Position numbers and translations under genes: made by a program. From the NCBI GenBank assembly GCA_037442485.1, contig JBBIQE010000005.1, positions 1 to 58,683 on the forward strand: 58,683 nucleotides of DNA. The letters are read 5' to 3'. The notes under the pieces were generated by a model that was given only the letters and a program-made list of their open reading frames with translations, was not told the origin of the DNA and searched no databases. This document shows, piece after piece, positions 18,843-28,273 of this stretch. This DNA is from Candidatus Methylomirabilis sp. (GTDB lineage Bacteria; Methylomirabilota; Methylomirabilia; Methylomirabilales; 2-02-FULL-66-22). Numbering within the stretch: the stretch's first letter is position 1; every line of letters starts with the position of its first letter.

Positions 18843-19883
18843 ATGCGGGGACAGACAGGGGTGAGCAGGAGCAGGTTCGTGAGGCCGGCCCTCCTGCACC
18901 AGAAGGACGGACGGCGCGTCGTGTGCCTCGCGTGCGAGCGGCGATGCCGCCTCGTGGAGGGCGGGACGGGCTGGTGCCGGAGCCGCCGAAACATCGGCGG
19001 GGTCCTTTACACCCTGAGCTATGGCGCCCTTTCCTCCGTGTCCGCAAATCCCATCGAGAAGAAGCCGCTCTACCACTTCTATCCGGGGACCTTTGCCCTC
19101 ACCGCCGGGAGCTGGGGATGCAACTTCGGCTGTCCGTGGTGCCAGAACTGGGAGATCAGCAAGGAGCGACCGCCAGTGGCGGGTCCTTTCACCTCTCCGG
19201 ATGCGTTCGTGGACGAGGTGCGCCGGCTGGGCTGCCGGGGGACGTCCATCAGCTTCAACGAGCCGACGCTTTCCCTGGAGTGGTCCCTGGAGGTGTTCCG
19301 ACTGGCCCGCGCACAGGGCCTGTACAACACGTTCGTCACCAATGGCTACATGACGCCCGAGGCCCTCCGGCTCCTGGTGGGGGCGGGTCTGGACGGGATG
19401 AACGTGGATGTGAAGGGCGGGGGAGCGGCGGTGCGCCGTCACTGCAAGGGCATTGACGTCGAGAAGGTGTGGAGCACCTGCCGTCTGGCCCGTGAGATGG
19501 GGGTGCATCTCGAAGTCACCACACTGGTTATCCCCGGGATCAATGACGACGCCGCGTCGCTCGCGGCGATCGCCGGGCGCATCGTCGCCGAGCTGGGGGC
19601 CGATGTGCCCTGGCACCTCAGCGCCTATTTCCCGGCCTACCGGTTCGATGCGCCGCCGACGCCCATCACGACACTGGAGCGGGCGCTGGCCATCGGGCGG
19701 GAGGCCGGCCTCCGCTTCACCTATCTGGGGAACGTTCCCGGCCATCCATCCGCCCATACCGCCTGCCCGCACTGTGGGGAGTTGCTCATCGAGCGGCAGG
19801 GCTTTTCCGTGCTCCGGAACCGCCTGCGAGGAGGAGGCTGTCCGACCTGCGGAAAGCGCGTGGCCGGCATCTGGGGCTCCTGA
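18843..19883 (+). CDS. radical SAM enzyme, AmmeMemoRadiSam-system / PflA-like type
   Basis: N-terminal CLACERRC...GWC. Radical-SAM cluster motif CNFGCPWCQNW (CxxxCxxC). C-terminal CPHCG...CPTCG. Confidence 0.8.
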   Translation: MRGQTGVSRSRFVRPALLHQKDGRRVVCLACERRCRLVEGGTGWCRSRRNIGGVLYTLSYGALSSVSANPIEKKPLYHFYPGTFALTAGSWGCNFGCPWCQNWEISKERPPVAGPFTSPDAFVDEVRRLGCRGTSISFNEPTLSLEWSLEVFRLARAQGLYNTFVTNGYMTPEALRLLVGAGLDGMNVDVKGGGAAVRRHCKGIDVEKVWSTCRLAREMGVHLEVTTLVIPGINDDAASLAAIAGRIVAELGADVPWHLSAYFPAYRFDAPPTPITTLERALAIGREAGLRFTYLGNVPGHPSAHTACPHCGELLIERQGFSVLRNRLRGGGCPTCGKRVAGIWGS

Positions 19884-19978
19884 CCGGCGGAATGGAAAAA
19901 AGGGGGCAGACAGGGCGGACTGTCCGCGGTAAAATGCATCATCCCGGTTGCATCAACCCAGCCTCCCGCGAGGAGAGC

Positions 19979-20743
19979 ATGTCGCAGAAACGTCGAAGGA
20001 CAGGGCTGCTATGGCTGTGGGCGCTGGCGCTGCTCGCGGCAGGCTGCTCCAGGGCGACCGCGGTGATCCCCTCCCCCCCGATCGAGGCCTATCCCTTCCG
20101 TGAGGTGAGGGGTGGGATCGGCGTCGGGCTGGAGCCCTACTTTACGGCGGAGCAGAGTGCGCGGGCGTTTCGCGGCGGCGAGAGTTTCCCGGAGAACGGC
20201 GTGCTCCCGGTGCGGGTGTTCATCCAGAACGGCACCGGCGCAGAGATTGCGGCGGATCCGCAGGAGTTCCGGCTGATCCGGCCCGGCTCGCGCGGCGAGG
20301 CCCCGCTGTCCCCTCAGGATGCCTTCGCCTTCGTGAAGGTGCCGCCGCGGGCGTGGGCCGCCATCCCCATCGTCGGAGAGTCGGTCACCGCGGCCCGGAA
20401 CGAGCCCCGGCTGAAAGACCTCGAATCCCGCGCGCTGCGGGAGACGACGATTCCCGCGGGCGGCTCCGCAACCGGGTTCGTGTATTTCAGGTTCCCCGAG
20501 GCGGAGAAGAGCCTGGCGGGGAGCCGCGTCGCGCTGGTGGTGAAGTCAACCGCGAGCCGGGGCATCGCCTTCGAGATCCCCCTCCAGGGACGCCGGGACA
20601 TCCCCACGCCTTCGGCTGGGGGCGGGTCGGCCGGCGTCTCCACCCTGCCCGCGCCGAAGCCATCGGTTTCGACGACCCCCTCGGGCGCCACCCGCATTGA
20701 GGGGCTCGGCGGGGGCCTCATCATCCGCAGCCCGTCGCAGTAA
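19979..20743 (+). CDS. hypothetical lipoprotein
   Basis: Lipobox LLAAGC after a basic N-terminus (MSQKRRRTGLLWLWALA). Pro/Ser/Gly-rich C-terminal tail. No family recognised. Confidence 0.6.
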   Translation: MSQKRRRTGLLWLWALALLAAGCSRATAVIPSPPIEAYPFREVRGGIGVGLEPYFTAEQSARAFRGGESFPENGVLPVRVFIQNGTGAEIAADPQEFRLIRPGSRGEAPLSPQDAFAFVKVPPRAWAAIPIVGESVTAARNEPRLKDLESRALRETTIPAGGSATGFVYFRFPEAEKSLAGSRVALVVKSTASRGIAFEIPLQGRRDIPTPSAGGGSAGVSTLPAPKPSVSTTPSGATRIEGLGGGLIIRSPSQ

Positions 20744-20828
20744 TCCCGCTTCAGGGGGGTAGAGGGAGACGGAGGATCCTCGTGACGGATGCGAACGAGG
20801 AGTCGGAGGGGTCGCTTCGGACGGGACG

Positions 20829-21398
20829 CTAACCCTGGTGGAGGCGGCGCCAGGGACCCTCAAAGCACTCGGCGAGTTCGGGCACCTCCAGCGCGGCCGA
20901 GAATTCGCGGAGCCGGTCTCGAATGTATCGGGCGTCGAGCGTTTCCCGCTGGCGAAAGACAATGCCCTCGATGTCCTGGAGATCGAGAGGCCTTCCGGCA
21001 ACCGCCTTGTGGATGATCAGGTCTTCGGCCGAACAGAATCGCAGCTGCTGCCCGGGTTTCGTCTCGTACAGGACGGCGCGGGCCATTACCGAGTCTTCGT
21101 ACCCTGGAATGGCCAGGGAGATGTCCACTGGACAGCCGTTGGTAGCGCGAATGGGGATGACTCGCGTGTCACGAGCAAAGATCGCGGCCTCTTCCACTCT
21201 CGTCGAGAATCGGGAGATTACAGTCTGGACGAAGGACTGGGCCTGCTCTGCCCGCACGGAGACCGTGAGATCCACAGCGACAGTGAGGCGTGGTTCCCCC
21301 CAATGCTGAACCGCCAACCCACCGATGATGACGTAAGAAACGCCTTCTGCCGTCAGGAACTCGTGAAGCTCGGAGGCGGCCTCGAGTGGGTCGCTCAC
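20829..21398 (-). CDS. nucleotidyltransferase-fold protein (possible TA-type component)
   Basis: VIIGGLAVQHWGEPRLTVAVDLTV resembles the GGxA..G..R.T.DxD minimal NTase motif, though the first Asp position reads Ala. It is paired with a small upstream ORF. Confidence 0.5.
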   Translation of the reverse strand: MSDPLEAASELHEFLTAEGVSYVIIGGLAVQHWGEPRLTVAVDLTVSVRAEQAQSFVQTVISRFSTRVEEAAIFARDTRVIPIRATNGCPVDISLAIPGYEDSVMARAVLYETKPGQQLRFCSAEDLIIHKAVAGRPLDLQDIEGIVFRQRETLDARYIRDRLREFSAALEVPELAECFEGPWRRLHQG

Positions 21399-21399
21399 G

Positions 21400-21639
21400 T
21401 TAGCCCCGATTGGCTGCGAGGCGATCCAACCTTCGGCGCAGCTCGATTAGCCGGTCAATCCTGAGGGCGTCCAACGAATCTAGATCGCTTGCCGTGCCCC
21501 CTGTCTGTGCCCAGGAGCGCCACAACGCGCGGAACGCGGCCCAGGCCCCTTCGGAGGTCAGGCCTGCCAGAGCAGCCCGACGCTCTCGCTGAATAAACAG
21601 ATCGGCCCGAGCGTACCCCTCAACGATCTCCCGGAGCAT
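21400..21639 (-). CDS. small helical protein upstream of the NTase-fold gene (start uncertain)
   Basis: MLREIVEGYARADLFIQRERRAALAGLTSEGAWAAFRALW...RLIELRRRLDRLAANRG. It ends 1 nt before the next gene. An alternative ATG is at 21696. Confidence 0.35.
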   Translation of the reverse strand: MLREIVEGYARADLFIQRERRAALAGLTSEGAWAAFRALWRSWAQTGGTASDLDSLDALRIDRLIELRRRLDRLAANRG

Positions 21640-21778
21640 GCTGTTCCCGCTCACCGGATTGATCCCTCCGCCCGCAGGAAATATACGCGGGATCATTTCA
21701 GACTGCAGTGCGAAAGACCGTGTGCGAGGAAACCAAGGCGATCCTGGGCGAAAATACCCAGGAGGCGAGGGGAGAAGG

Positions 21779-22219
21779 TCAAGGACGGGAAAGAACCTCA
21801 ACCACACCTGCCGTTCCGTTGACCCGGACGCGGTCGCCCGTCCGGAGGGCCTCGAGGGGGTTCGCGTCCAGACCGTCCACGATGGGGATCCGGACCTGGA
21901 AGAAGGCCTCGGCGAGGATGGCGCACATGACGATCATGGGCTCGCTCGTGACGTTCACGATGGCGGCGGGGGCGCAGCCGTTGCGCACGGCCTCGAGGAA
22001 GATGCCGGGAGTCCCCGTGGAGCCTCGCCCGTAGGGGAACACGAACACCTTGCCCTTGACGGAGGCGCCGCAGAGCTCGTGCCGCCTGTCTATCACGATC
22101 CCCGTCCGGGGATCCATGCCCTGCCAGAAGCCGAAGGGCTGCCGGGAGACGATCGCCTCGCCCTCGCAGGCGCCGGCGGCGCAGCCCCGCCCCCGCAGGA
22201 TGACGCCCGCATGGCTCAT
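21779..22219 (-). CDS. aconitase X swivel-domain subunit (DUF126)
   Basis: GEAIVSRQPFGFWQGMDPRTGIVIDRRHELCGASVKGKVFVFPYGRGSTGTPG..NGCAPAAIV fits the DUF126 pattern. The ATG overlaps the upstream stop (ATGA). Confidence 0.8.
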   Translation of the reverse strand: MSHAGVILRGRGCAAGACEGEAIVSRQPFGFWQGMDPRTGIVIDRRHELCGASVKGKVFVFPYGRGSTGTPGIFLEAVRNGCAPAAIVNVTSEPMIVMCAILAEAFFQVRIPIVDGLDANPLEALRTGDRVRVNGTAGVVEVLSRP

Positions 22220-23457
22220 GGCCGCTCCACCCGTCCGGTGAGGGCGGCCTGGATGCAGGCCTCGGTGCTGGTGAAGACGCACTCGCTGCCGACCGTGGTG
22301 GGGGTGTAGTAGGCGAACTTCCCCGAGTCGGTGGCGAGCCGCCGGAATCCCCAGGCCCCCAGCGGGCAGTCGTTGTGGCAGGTGCCGACCATCAGCCTGC
22401 CCCCGGCCCGCTCGATCACCTGGACATATCCCATCCTGCGGGCCATCTCCTCCACCACGCTATTCGTGCAGACCCACAGCTGGACGCCGGGATGGACCCG
22501 CTTGCCGTCGAGGAGGGCGGCGTAGCGGCGCATCTGGTCAATGGAGGCGTGGGGGCAGCCCACGCCCACCACGTCCACCGGTCCCCCTTCCCCGGTGCTC
22601 ATCTGGTCCAGGATCCGGGCGATCTCCTGTCTGCCCACGCGGAGGCGCTCGACCGGGGGCCGCCCGCCGAAGGCCTCCTCCATCGTGCGGGCCTCCGGCG
22701 TGATGCCGACCATGTGATAGAGGGCGACGGAGCCGCTGGCCGCGGCCGCCGCCCCGAAGGCCTTCAACTGGTCGAAGGTCGCCCGCGGCAGGCCGGCGAT
22801 CACGGGGATCCGGTCGCCCACCCTCTGGCCGACGAGGTAGCCCAGGGCCGGGAAGTAGTGATCCGCGAATCCCGCGGAGAGGTCGGGGTCCAGCTCGAAG
22901 AGGACCTCGCCCCGGCGGCGCTCCGGCAGATGCAGGCCGAAGCGGGGAACGCGCCCCGTCAGGGCGGCGCACAGATCCACGTAGGCGGCCAGCCGGTTGG
23001 TCCGCGCCCCGATGACCGAGTTGGCGAAGATGACGGCGCTGGATTCCGACCAGCCGAGGTCCTCGCCGAACCTGGGCACGTTGAAGGTGGTGTACGGCGT
23101 GCAGGTCCAGGTGGGGATCACGCCCATCCGGTCGAGCAGCTCCGCGATCCTGATCTGCCGTTCGGCGTACTCCGCGGGGGTCTTGAAGTCCCGCCAGCGG
23201 GCGAAGTCGATGGAGCCGGGGTCGGAGGTGGTGCGCACCTTCACCCGGGCCCCCTGCTCGGCGAGCCGGGTATAGATCTCGATCCCCGCCTCGCCGGCGA
23301 TCTGGTACGAGGAGGCGACCAGGTGGGCGCTGGCGATCTCCACCAGGCGGTCGGCGCCGTAGACCTCGCCCAGCTTCACCAGGACGCCCAGGGCGATCCG
23401 CTGGGGCTCCCCGCCCGCGCCGTCGAGGATCCGCCTCTCCTCATCCGTGAGCCGCAT
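22216..23457 (-). CDS. aconitase X catalytic subunit (DUF521)
   Basis: MRLTDEERRILDGAGGEPQRIALGVLVKLGEVYGADRLVEIASAHL... fits the DUF521 N-terminal pattern. 413 aa. Confidence 0.85.
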   Translation of the reverse strand: MRLTDEERRILDGAGGEPQRIALGVLVKLGEVYGADRLVEIASAHLVASSYQIAGEAGIEIYTRLAEQGARVKVRTTSDPGSIDFARWRDFKTPAEYAERQIRIAELLDRMGVIPTWTCTPYTTFNVPRFGEDLGWSESSAVIFANSVIGARTNRLAAYVDLCAALTGRVPRFGLHLPERRRGEVLFELDPDLSAGFADHYFPALGYLVGQRVGDRIPVIAGLPRATFDQLKAFGAAAAASGSVALYHMVGITPEARTMEEAFGGRPPVERLRVGRQEIARILDQMSTGEGGPVDVVGVGCPHASIDQMRRYAALLDGKRVHPGVQLWVCTNSVVEEMARRMGYVQVIERAGGRLMVGTCHNDCPLGAWGFRRLATDSGKFAYYTPTTVGSECVFTSTEACIQAALTGRVERP

Positions 23458-23478
23458 GCATCCTTCCCGACCTCGAGG

Positions 23479-24162
23479 CTACAGACCGAGGTACGCCACC
23501 TTGACGTGCGGGTTCTCCAGGAGGTCCCGGCTGGGCCCCTGGAGGACGACCTGGCCGCCTTCCAGGACGTAGCCGCGATCCACGAGGCCCAGGGCCCGCT
23601 GGACGTTCTGCTCCACCAGCAGGATGGCGATCCCTTCCCTCCGCACCTCGGCGATCTTCTCGAAGGTAAGATCCACGACGAGGGGGGCGAGGCCGAGGGA
23701 GGGCTCGTCGAGCATCAGGCCGCGCCCCACAGCCAACATCTGCTGCTCCCCGCCCGACAGGGTCCCCGCACGCTGGCGCCGCCGCTCGGCCAGGCGGGGG
23801 AAGATCCCGTACACCCACTCCAGGCTCTCGCGGCGGCGGGCCTTGGGGCCCGGGAGGTAGGCGCCCAGCTCCAGGTTCTCCTCCACCGTCATGTCCGGAA
23901 GCACCCGCCGTCCCTCGGGGACGTGGGCGATGCCCAGGCCGGCGATCTCGTAGGGCGGCCGGTGGTCCACGCGAGTCCCGTCGAAGAGGACGGCGCCGCG
24001 CCGCGGCCGGAGGAGGCCCGAGATCACCCGGAGGAGGGTGGACTTGCCCGCCCCGTTCGCCCCGATGACGGAGACGCTCTCGCCCGGGCCGATGGCCAGG
24101 CTGATCCCCCGCAGGACCGTGACCTCGCCGTAGGCCGCATCCAGGTCCCGGATCTCAAGCAT
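23479..24162 (-). CDS. LivF-like ABC ATP-binding protein (short signature-to-Walker-B spacing)
   Basis: [44 protein letters not shown]. ATG 24162 overlaps livG-like by 8 nt. Confidence 0.85.
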   Translation of the reverse strand: [227 protein letters not shown]

Positions 24163-24889
24163 GGCGGTACTCCGCCCCCAGGTAGGCTTGAATGACCCGC
24201 GGATCCGACGAGATCTCCTTGGGCTGGCCCTCGGCAATCTTGGTGCCCTGGTCCAGGACGATGATCCGGTCGGACAGGGACATGACGGCCCGCATGACGT
24301 GTTCGACCACGACGACCGTGAGGCCCCGATCCCGCAGCCGGCCGATGAGGCGTATGGCCTCCCCCATTTCGGTGGGGGTGAGGCCGGCCATGGTCTCATC
24401 GAGGAGGAGCAGCCGCGGCTCGGTTCCGAGGGCCCGGGCCACCTCCAGGCGCCGCTGGTCGATGGTGGTGAGGCTCCCCGCCTCGGTGTGGGCGCGACCC
24501 TCCAGGCCGACCAGCCGGAGGAGCTCCTCCACCCGGACCGCCGCGGCCGTCGGGTTCGGGTGCCGGAGGAGGGCGCCCATCAGCACGTTCCGGAAGACCG
24601 TGAGGTCGCGGAAGGGCTTGGCGATCTGGAAGGTCCGGCAGATTCCCCGGGCGCAGATCTCGTGGGGCTTCTGACCCGTGATGTCCTCGCCGGCGAAGCG
24701 GACCCGCCCGTGATCGGGACGGTAGAAGCCGGTGATCAGGTTGAAGGTGGTCGTCTTCCCGGATCCGTTGGGGCCGATCACGCCCAGTATCTCTCCCGGG
24801 CGGACCGAAAACGACAGGCCCAGGACGGCCTGCACGCCGCCGAACCGTTTGCCGAGGTTCTCCACCTCGAGGAGCGGGGCATGGCTCAT
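24155..24889 (-). CDS. LivG-like ABC ATP-binding protein
   Basis: [46 protein letters not shown]. The ATG overlaps the upstream stop (ATGA). Confidence 0.9.
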   Translation of the reverse strand: [244 protein letters not shown]

Positions 24890-25884
24890 GGGGTCGCGGC
24901 CCCCAGGGCGGGCAGGCGGGAGAGCACCCATCCGTACAGCCGGGCGACCCACGGGAAGACGCCCCGCGGGCGCCACAGGATCACCGCCACGAGCAACCCG
25001 CCGTACACCATCAGCTCCAGGCCGGGGTACTGCCCGGCGAAAACGACCTGGGTGGACTGGATGAAGGATTCCATGATCACCGCCCCGATCGCCGGTCCCA
25101 AAATCGTCCCCACCCCCCCCACGATGGCGACCAGGGCGATCTGCACGCTCAGGCCGAGGCCGAAGACGCTGTCGGGATGGATCACGTAGGTGTACTGGGC
25201 ATAAAAGACGCCCGCGACGCCGGTGATGAAGGCGCTGAGGGCCAGGGCCCTCGCCTTCGCCCGGGACGAGTTGATCCCCAGGGCCTCGGCCGCATCCTGG
25301 TTCTGGCCGATGGCGACGAGGTAATGCCCCAGGCGCGCCTGCTCCATACGGCGGGTGACGAGGACGCTGGCCACGGCCAGGAGGAGCGCGATGTAGTAGT
25401 AGGGGAACTTGGACTCGAACTGGAGGAGCCAGGGGGCATTCCCCTTGAAGGGAACCGTCAGGCCCTGGGCGCCGTTGGTGATCTCGCGGAAGTGCAGGAC
25501 CAGCAGGCGCAATGTCTCGGCCAGCCCGATGGTGGCGATGGCGAAATAGGGCCCCTGGAGCCGGAAGCAGATGATGCCGATGGGCCAGCTCAGCAGCAGG
25601 GCGCAGAGGCCCCCCAGCCACAGCGTGATCCAGGGGGAAAGGCCGTACCAGTTCACGAGGAGCGTCGAGACGTAGGCCCCGGTGCCGAAGAACGCCGCAT
25701 GGCCCAGGGAGAGTTGGCCGCCGTAGCCGCCGATGAGGTTCCAGGCCTGGCCCAGGACGACGAAGATGGCCATCATGACCAGGATGTGGATGTAGAACGG
25801 GTTCGGCAGAAGATGCGGGAGCACCATCAGGAAGAGCAGGATGGCGGCGGGAACGTAGTTCTCGGGCGACAGGGCAGCCTTCAC
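24886..25884 (-). CDS. LivM-like ABC permease
   Basis: GQAWNLIGGYGGQLSLGHAAFFGTGAYVS is the LivM signature region. Confidence 0.9.
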   Translation of the reverse strand: MKAALSPENYVPAAILLFLMVLPHLLPNPFYIHILVMMAIFVVLGQAWNLIGGYGGQLSLGHAAFFGTGAYVSTLLVNWYGLSPWITLWLGGLCALLLSWPIGIICFRLQGPYFAIATIGLAETLRLLVLHFREITNGAQGLTVPFKGNAPWLLQFESKFPYYYIALLLAVASVLVTRRMEQARLGHYLVAIGQNQDAAEALGINSSRAKARALALSAFITGVAGVFYAQYTYVIHPDSVFGLGLSVQIALVAIVGGVGTILGPAIGAVIMESFIQSTQVVFAGQYPGLELMVYGGLLVAVILWRPRGVFPWVARLYGWVLSRLPALGAATP

Positions 25885-25966
25885 GCGCTTGCCCTCCCTC
25901 GGCGGACCGTTCTCGGCTCGCCGCCGCCCAGGCTGTGGCGCGGGGACTGGGCGCTCGGTGCGGCGT

Positions 25967-26833
25967 TCATGCCTGTCCCCGCAGGCCCGAGGGCTTGAAG
26001 ACCAGGGTCGCCACCAGGATGGCGAAGACCACGACCAGACCCAGGTCGGCCCCGGCGAAGAGGATTCCCAGGGATTCCGCCACCCCCACGATGAGGGACG
26101 CCAGGAGGGCCCCCTCGATGCTGCCCAGGGTCCCCAGGATCACCACGACAAAGGCGATGAGGACGAAGATCACACCCACCGTCGGGAATACGTAGAAGAA
26201 CGGGACGATGAGACCCCCCGCCGCGCCGGACAGGGCGGCCCCCAGGCCCACGGCCAGCAGATACATCCGGTCCGGATTGATCCCGAGGAGCATGCTCACC
26301 TCCCGGTCTTGGGCCACCGCCCGCAGGGCCTTTCCCACGTCCGTCCTGAGGAGGAAAAGGGCCAGCAAGCCCGCCAGCAGGAGCGCCCCGGCGAAGGCGA
26401 ACAGCCGGGGCACCGGGAGGGTGATCCCGCCCACGCGGAGGGTCCACTCCGAATAGACGGTCTTGACCGAGCGGAAGTCGGCCGTGAAGAAGAAGAGGGC
26501 GGCGTTCATGAGGACCACCGACAGCCCCACGGTCATGAAGATCTGGGCAAGATCGGGGGCCTGCAGGATGGGGCGGAAGAGGAAGTGCTGCACCAGGACC
26601 CCGAAGAGGAAGAGCAGGGGCATGGTGATGAGCAGGGACAGGTAGGGGTCGATCCCCCACAGCTTCCACAGCCAGTAGGTCGCGTACATCCCCAGCATCA
26701 CGAACTCGCCCTGGGCGAAGTTGACGATCCGGACGACGCCGAAGATCAGGGTGAGCCCGATGGCCACCAGGGCGTAGATCCCTGACATGAGGAGGCCGGT
26801 GAGGAGGCCCTGCAGAAACGTGGTGAAGTCCAT
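25967..26833 (-). CDS. LivH-like ABC permease
   Basis: MDFTTFLQGLLTGLLMSGIYALVAIGLTLIFGVVRIVNFAQGEF. ATG 26833; the ORF-track start at 26842 is a TTG. Confidence 0.9.
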   Translation of the reverse strand: MDFTTFLQGLLTGLLMSGIYALVAIGLTLIFGVVRIVNFAQGEFVMLGMYATYWLWKLWGIDPYLSLLITMPLLFLFGVLVQHFLFRPILQAPDLAQIFMTVGLSVVLMNAALFFFTADFRSVKTVYSEWTLRVGGITLPVPRLFAFAGALLLAGLLALFLLRTDVGKALRAVAQDREVSMLLGINPDRMYLLAVGLGAALSGAAGGLIVPFFYVFPTVGVIFVLIAFVVVILGTLGSIEGALLASLIVGVAESLGILFAGADLGLVVVFAILVATLVFKPSGLRGQA

Positions 26834-26844
26834 GGCACACAAAA

Positions 26845-26879
26845 CCCCCCCGCCCCCTTTTTCCGAGGGGGCGAGGGGG
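26845..26879. repeat. GC-only hairpin between binding-protein and permease genes
   Basis: CCCCCCCGCCCCC-tttttccga-GGGGGCGAGGGGG. Confidence 0.4.
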
Positions 26880-26899
26880 ATTCCATGACACGGGAGGAT

Positions 26900-28174
26900 C
26901 TACCCGCGCTTGTCCCAGGCGGGGACCGGCCAGACCGGCTTCACCCGGGAGTCAGAGGGGGGGTACACGGTGCGCAGCTCCCCCTTCTGCCACTGGGTCA
27001 TGACCGGGTGGACCCACTTGTTCCAGCCGGTGTCGTCGAATTCGACCCGGCAGCCGGGCATGACCGACCCGGGGCCCTTGGTCAGGTTCGTCTTGGCCAG
27101 GGCATCCCGGACCTTCACGGGGTCCGTCGAGGCGGCCCGCTCCAGGGCATCGGCCAGGACCCAGATCATCACGTACGCCTCGCCCGCATGCTCCATCAGG
27201 AACTCGCCGAATCGCTTCTGGTAGGCGGCCGCGATGGCCGGCACCTCGGGGCAGTTGATGTCATAGTTCCAGGAGCCGACGGAGAAGACGTACTCGGAGT
27301 CCTTGCCGAGGTCTTTGTAGAAGTCGGGAATCAGGTAGCCCGCCCCCCCGGCGATGATGCCGGCATTGACGTTGAGCTGCTTCATCGTCCGGATGATCAG
27401 CAGGGCGTCGGTAATGTAGGAGACGGGGAAGAGCAGGTCGGGCTTGGCCGCCTTGATCTTGTTGACCAGCGGCGTGGCGTCGGTGAACTTGGCGGTATAG
27501 GGTTCGGCCATGACCACCTCGAAGCCCACCTTCTTGGCCCCCTCGATGAGGCCCTTGGAGGTCGAGGTCCCGTAGTCGGTGTCCTCGTACACGACCGCGG
27601 CCCGCTTGCCCTTTCCGGCGAGCTTGCCGGCGAACTCCATCTGCATCTCGCCGAACATGGTGGCCTTGGGCGACACCTGGAAGGTGAATTTGAATCCCCG
27701 CTCGGTGAGCTTGTTGGCGATGGATCCGGTGAGGAAGGGGATCTTGTACCGCTCGGCCACCTCGGTGGCCACCAGGGTGTAGGTGCTCACGTAGGAGCCG
27801 GTGGCGGCCGCCAGGTTCCCCGTGGCCATGAGCCGCTCGGCCTGGTTCCGGGTGACGCCGGGGTCGCTCTGGATGTCGGCGTAAATCGGCTTCAGCCTGG
27901 CGCCGCCCAGGGATTTGATCCCGCCGGCCGCATTGACATCGTCCACGGCGAGCTTCACCGCGTTCTCGCACATCTGGCCGAAGCGCGCCTGGGATCCCGA
28001 GGTGGGATACAGGACCCCGATGTTGACCTCCTTGGCGGCCGCGGCCGTCACCTTGCGCAGGGCCAGGCCACTCATCCCCGCGCCGACCCCCAGACCGGCC
28101 GCCCCCTTGAGGAAGTCGCGCCGGCTGACCGGATGGCGGAATCGTTGCCTCGAGACCCGGTGACCCTTCTGCAT
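26900..28174 (-). CDS. LIV-type substrate-binding protein with twin-arginine signal
   Basis: SRRDFLKGAAGLGVGAG is a canonical Tat motif. NIGVLYPTSGSQARFGQMCENAVKLAVDDVNAAGGI is typical of the Leu/Ile/Val-binding family. Confidence 0.85.
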   Translation of the reverse strand: MQKGHRVSRQRFRHPVSRRDFLKGAAGLGVGAGMSGLALRKVTAAAAKEVNIGVLYPTSGSQARFGQMCENAVKLAVDDVNAAGGIKSLGGARLKPIYADIQSDPGVTRNQAERLMATGNLAAATGSYVSTYTLVATEVAERYKIPFLTGSIANKLTERGFKFTFQVSPKATMFGEMQMEFAGKLAGKGKRAAVVYEDTDYGTSTSKGLIEGAKKVGFEVVMAEPYTAKFTDATPLVNKIKAAKPDLLFPVSYITDALLIIRTMKQLNVNAGIIAGGAGYLIPDFYKDLGKDSEYVFSVGSWNYDINCPEVPAIAAAYQKRFGEFLMEHAGEAYVMIWVLADALERAASTDPVKVRDALAKTNLTKGPGSVMPGCRVEFDDTGWNKWVHPVMTQWQKGELRTVYPPSDSRVKPVWPVPAWDKRG

Positions 28175-28273
28175 GGTGGCTCCCTCCTCGGTATGCGGTT
28201 TCTTTCTCCGACGCGCCGGGATGGATTCTATTTGAAGGCCGCCCGGAAAGTCAACCGGCCTCCCCCTGCATCC

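Noticed and set aside
18092-19883. SagB-type dehydrogenase plus radical SAM as a thiazole/oxazole RiPP cluster.
   Set aside because: No cyclodehydratase (YcaO / E1-like) gene and no plausible small precursor ORF are present. The SagB-like protein carries a Tat export signal, which is atypical for cytoplasmic RiPP tailoring.
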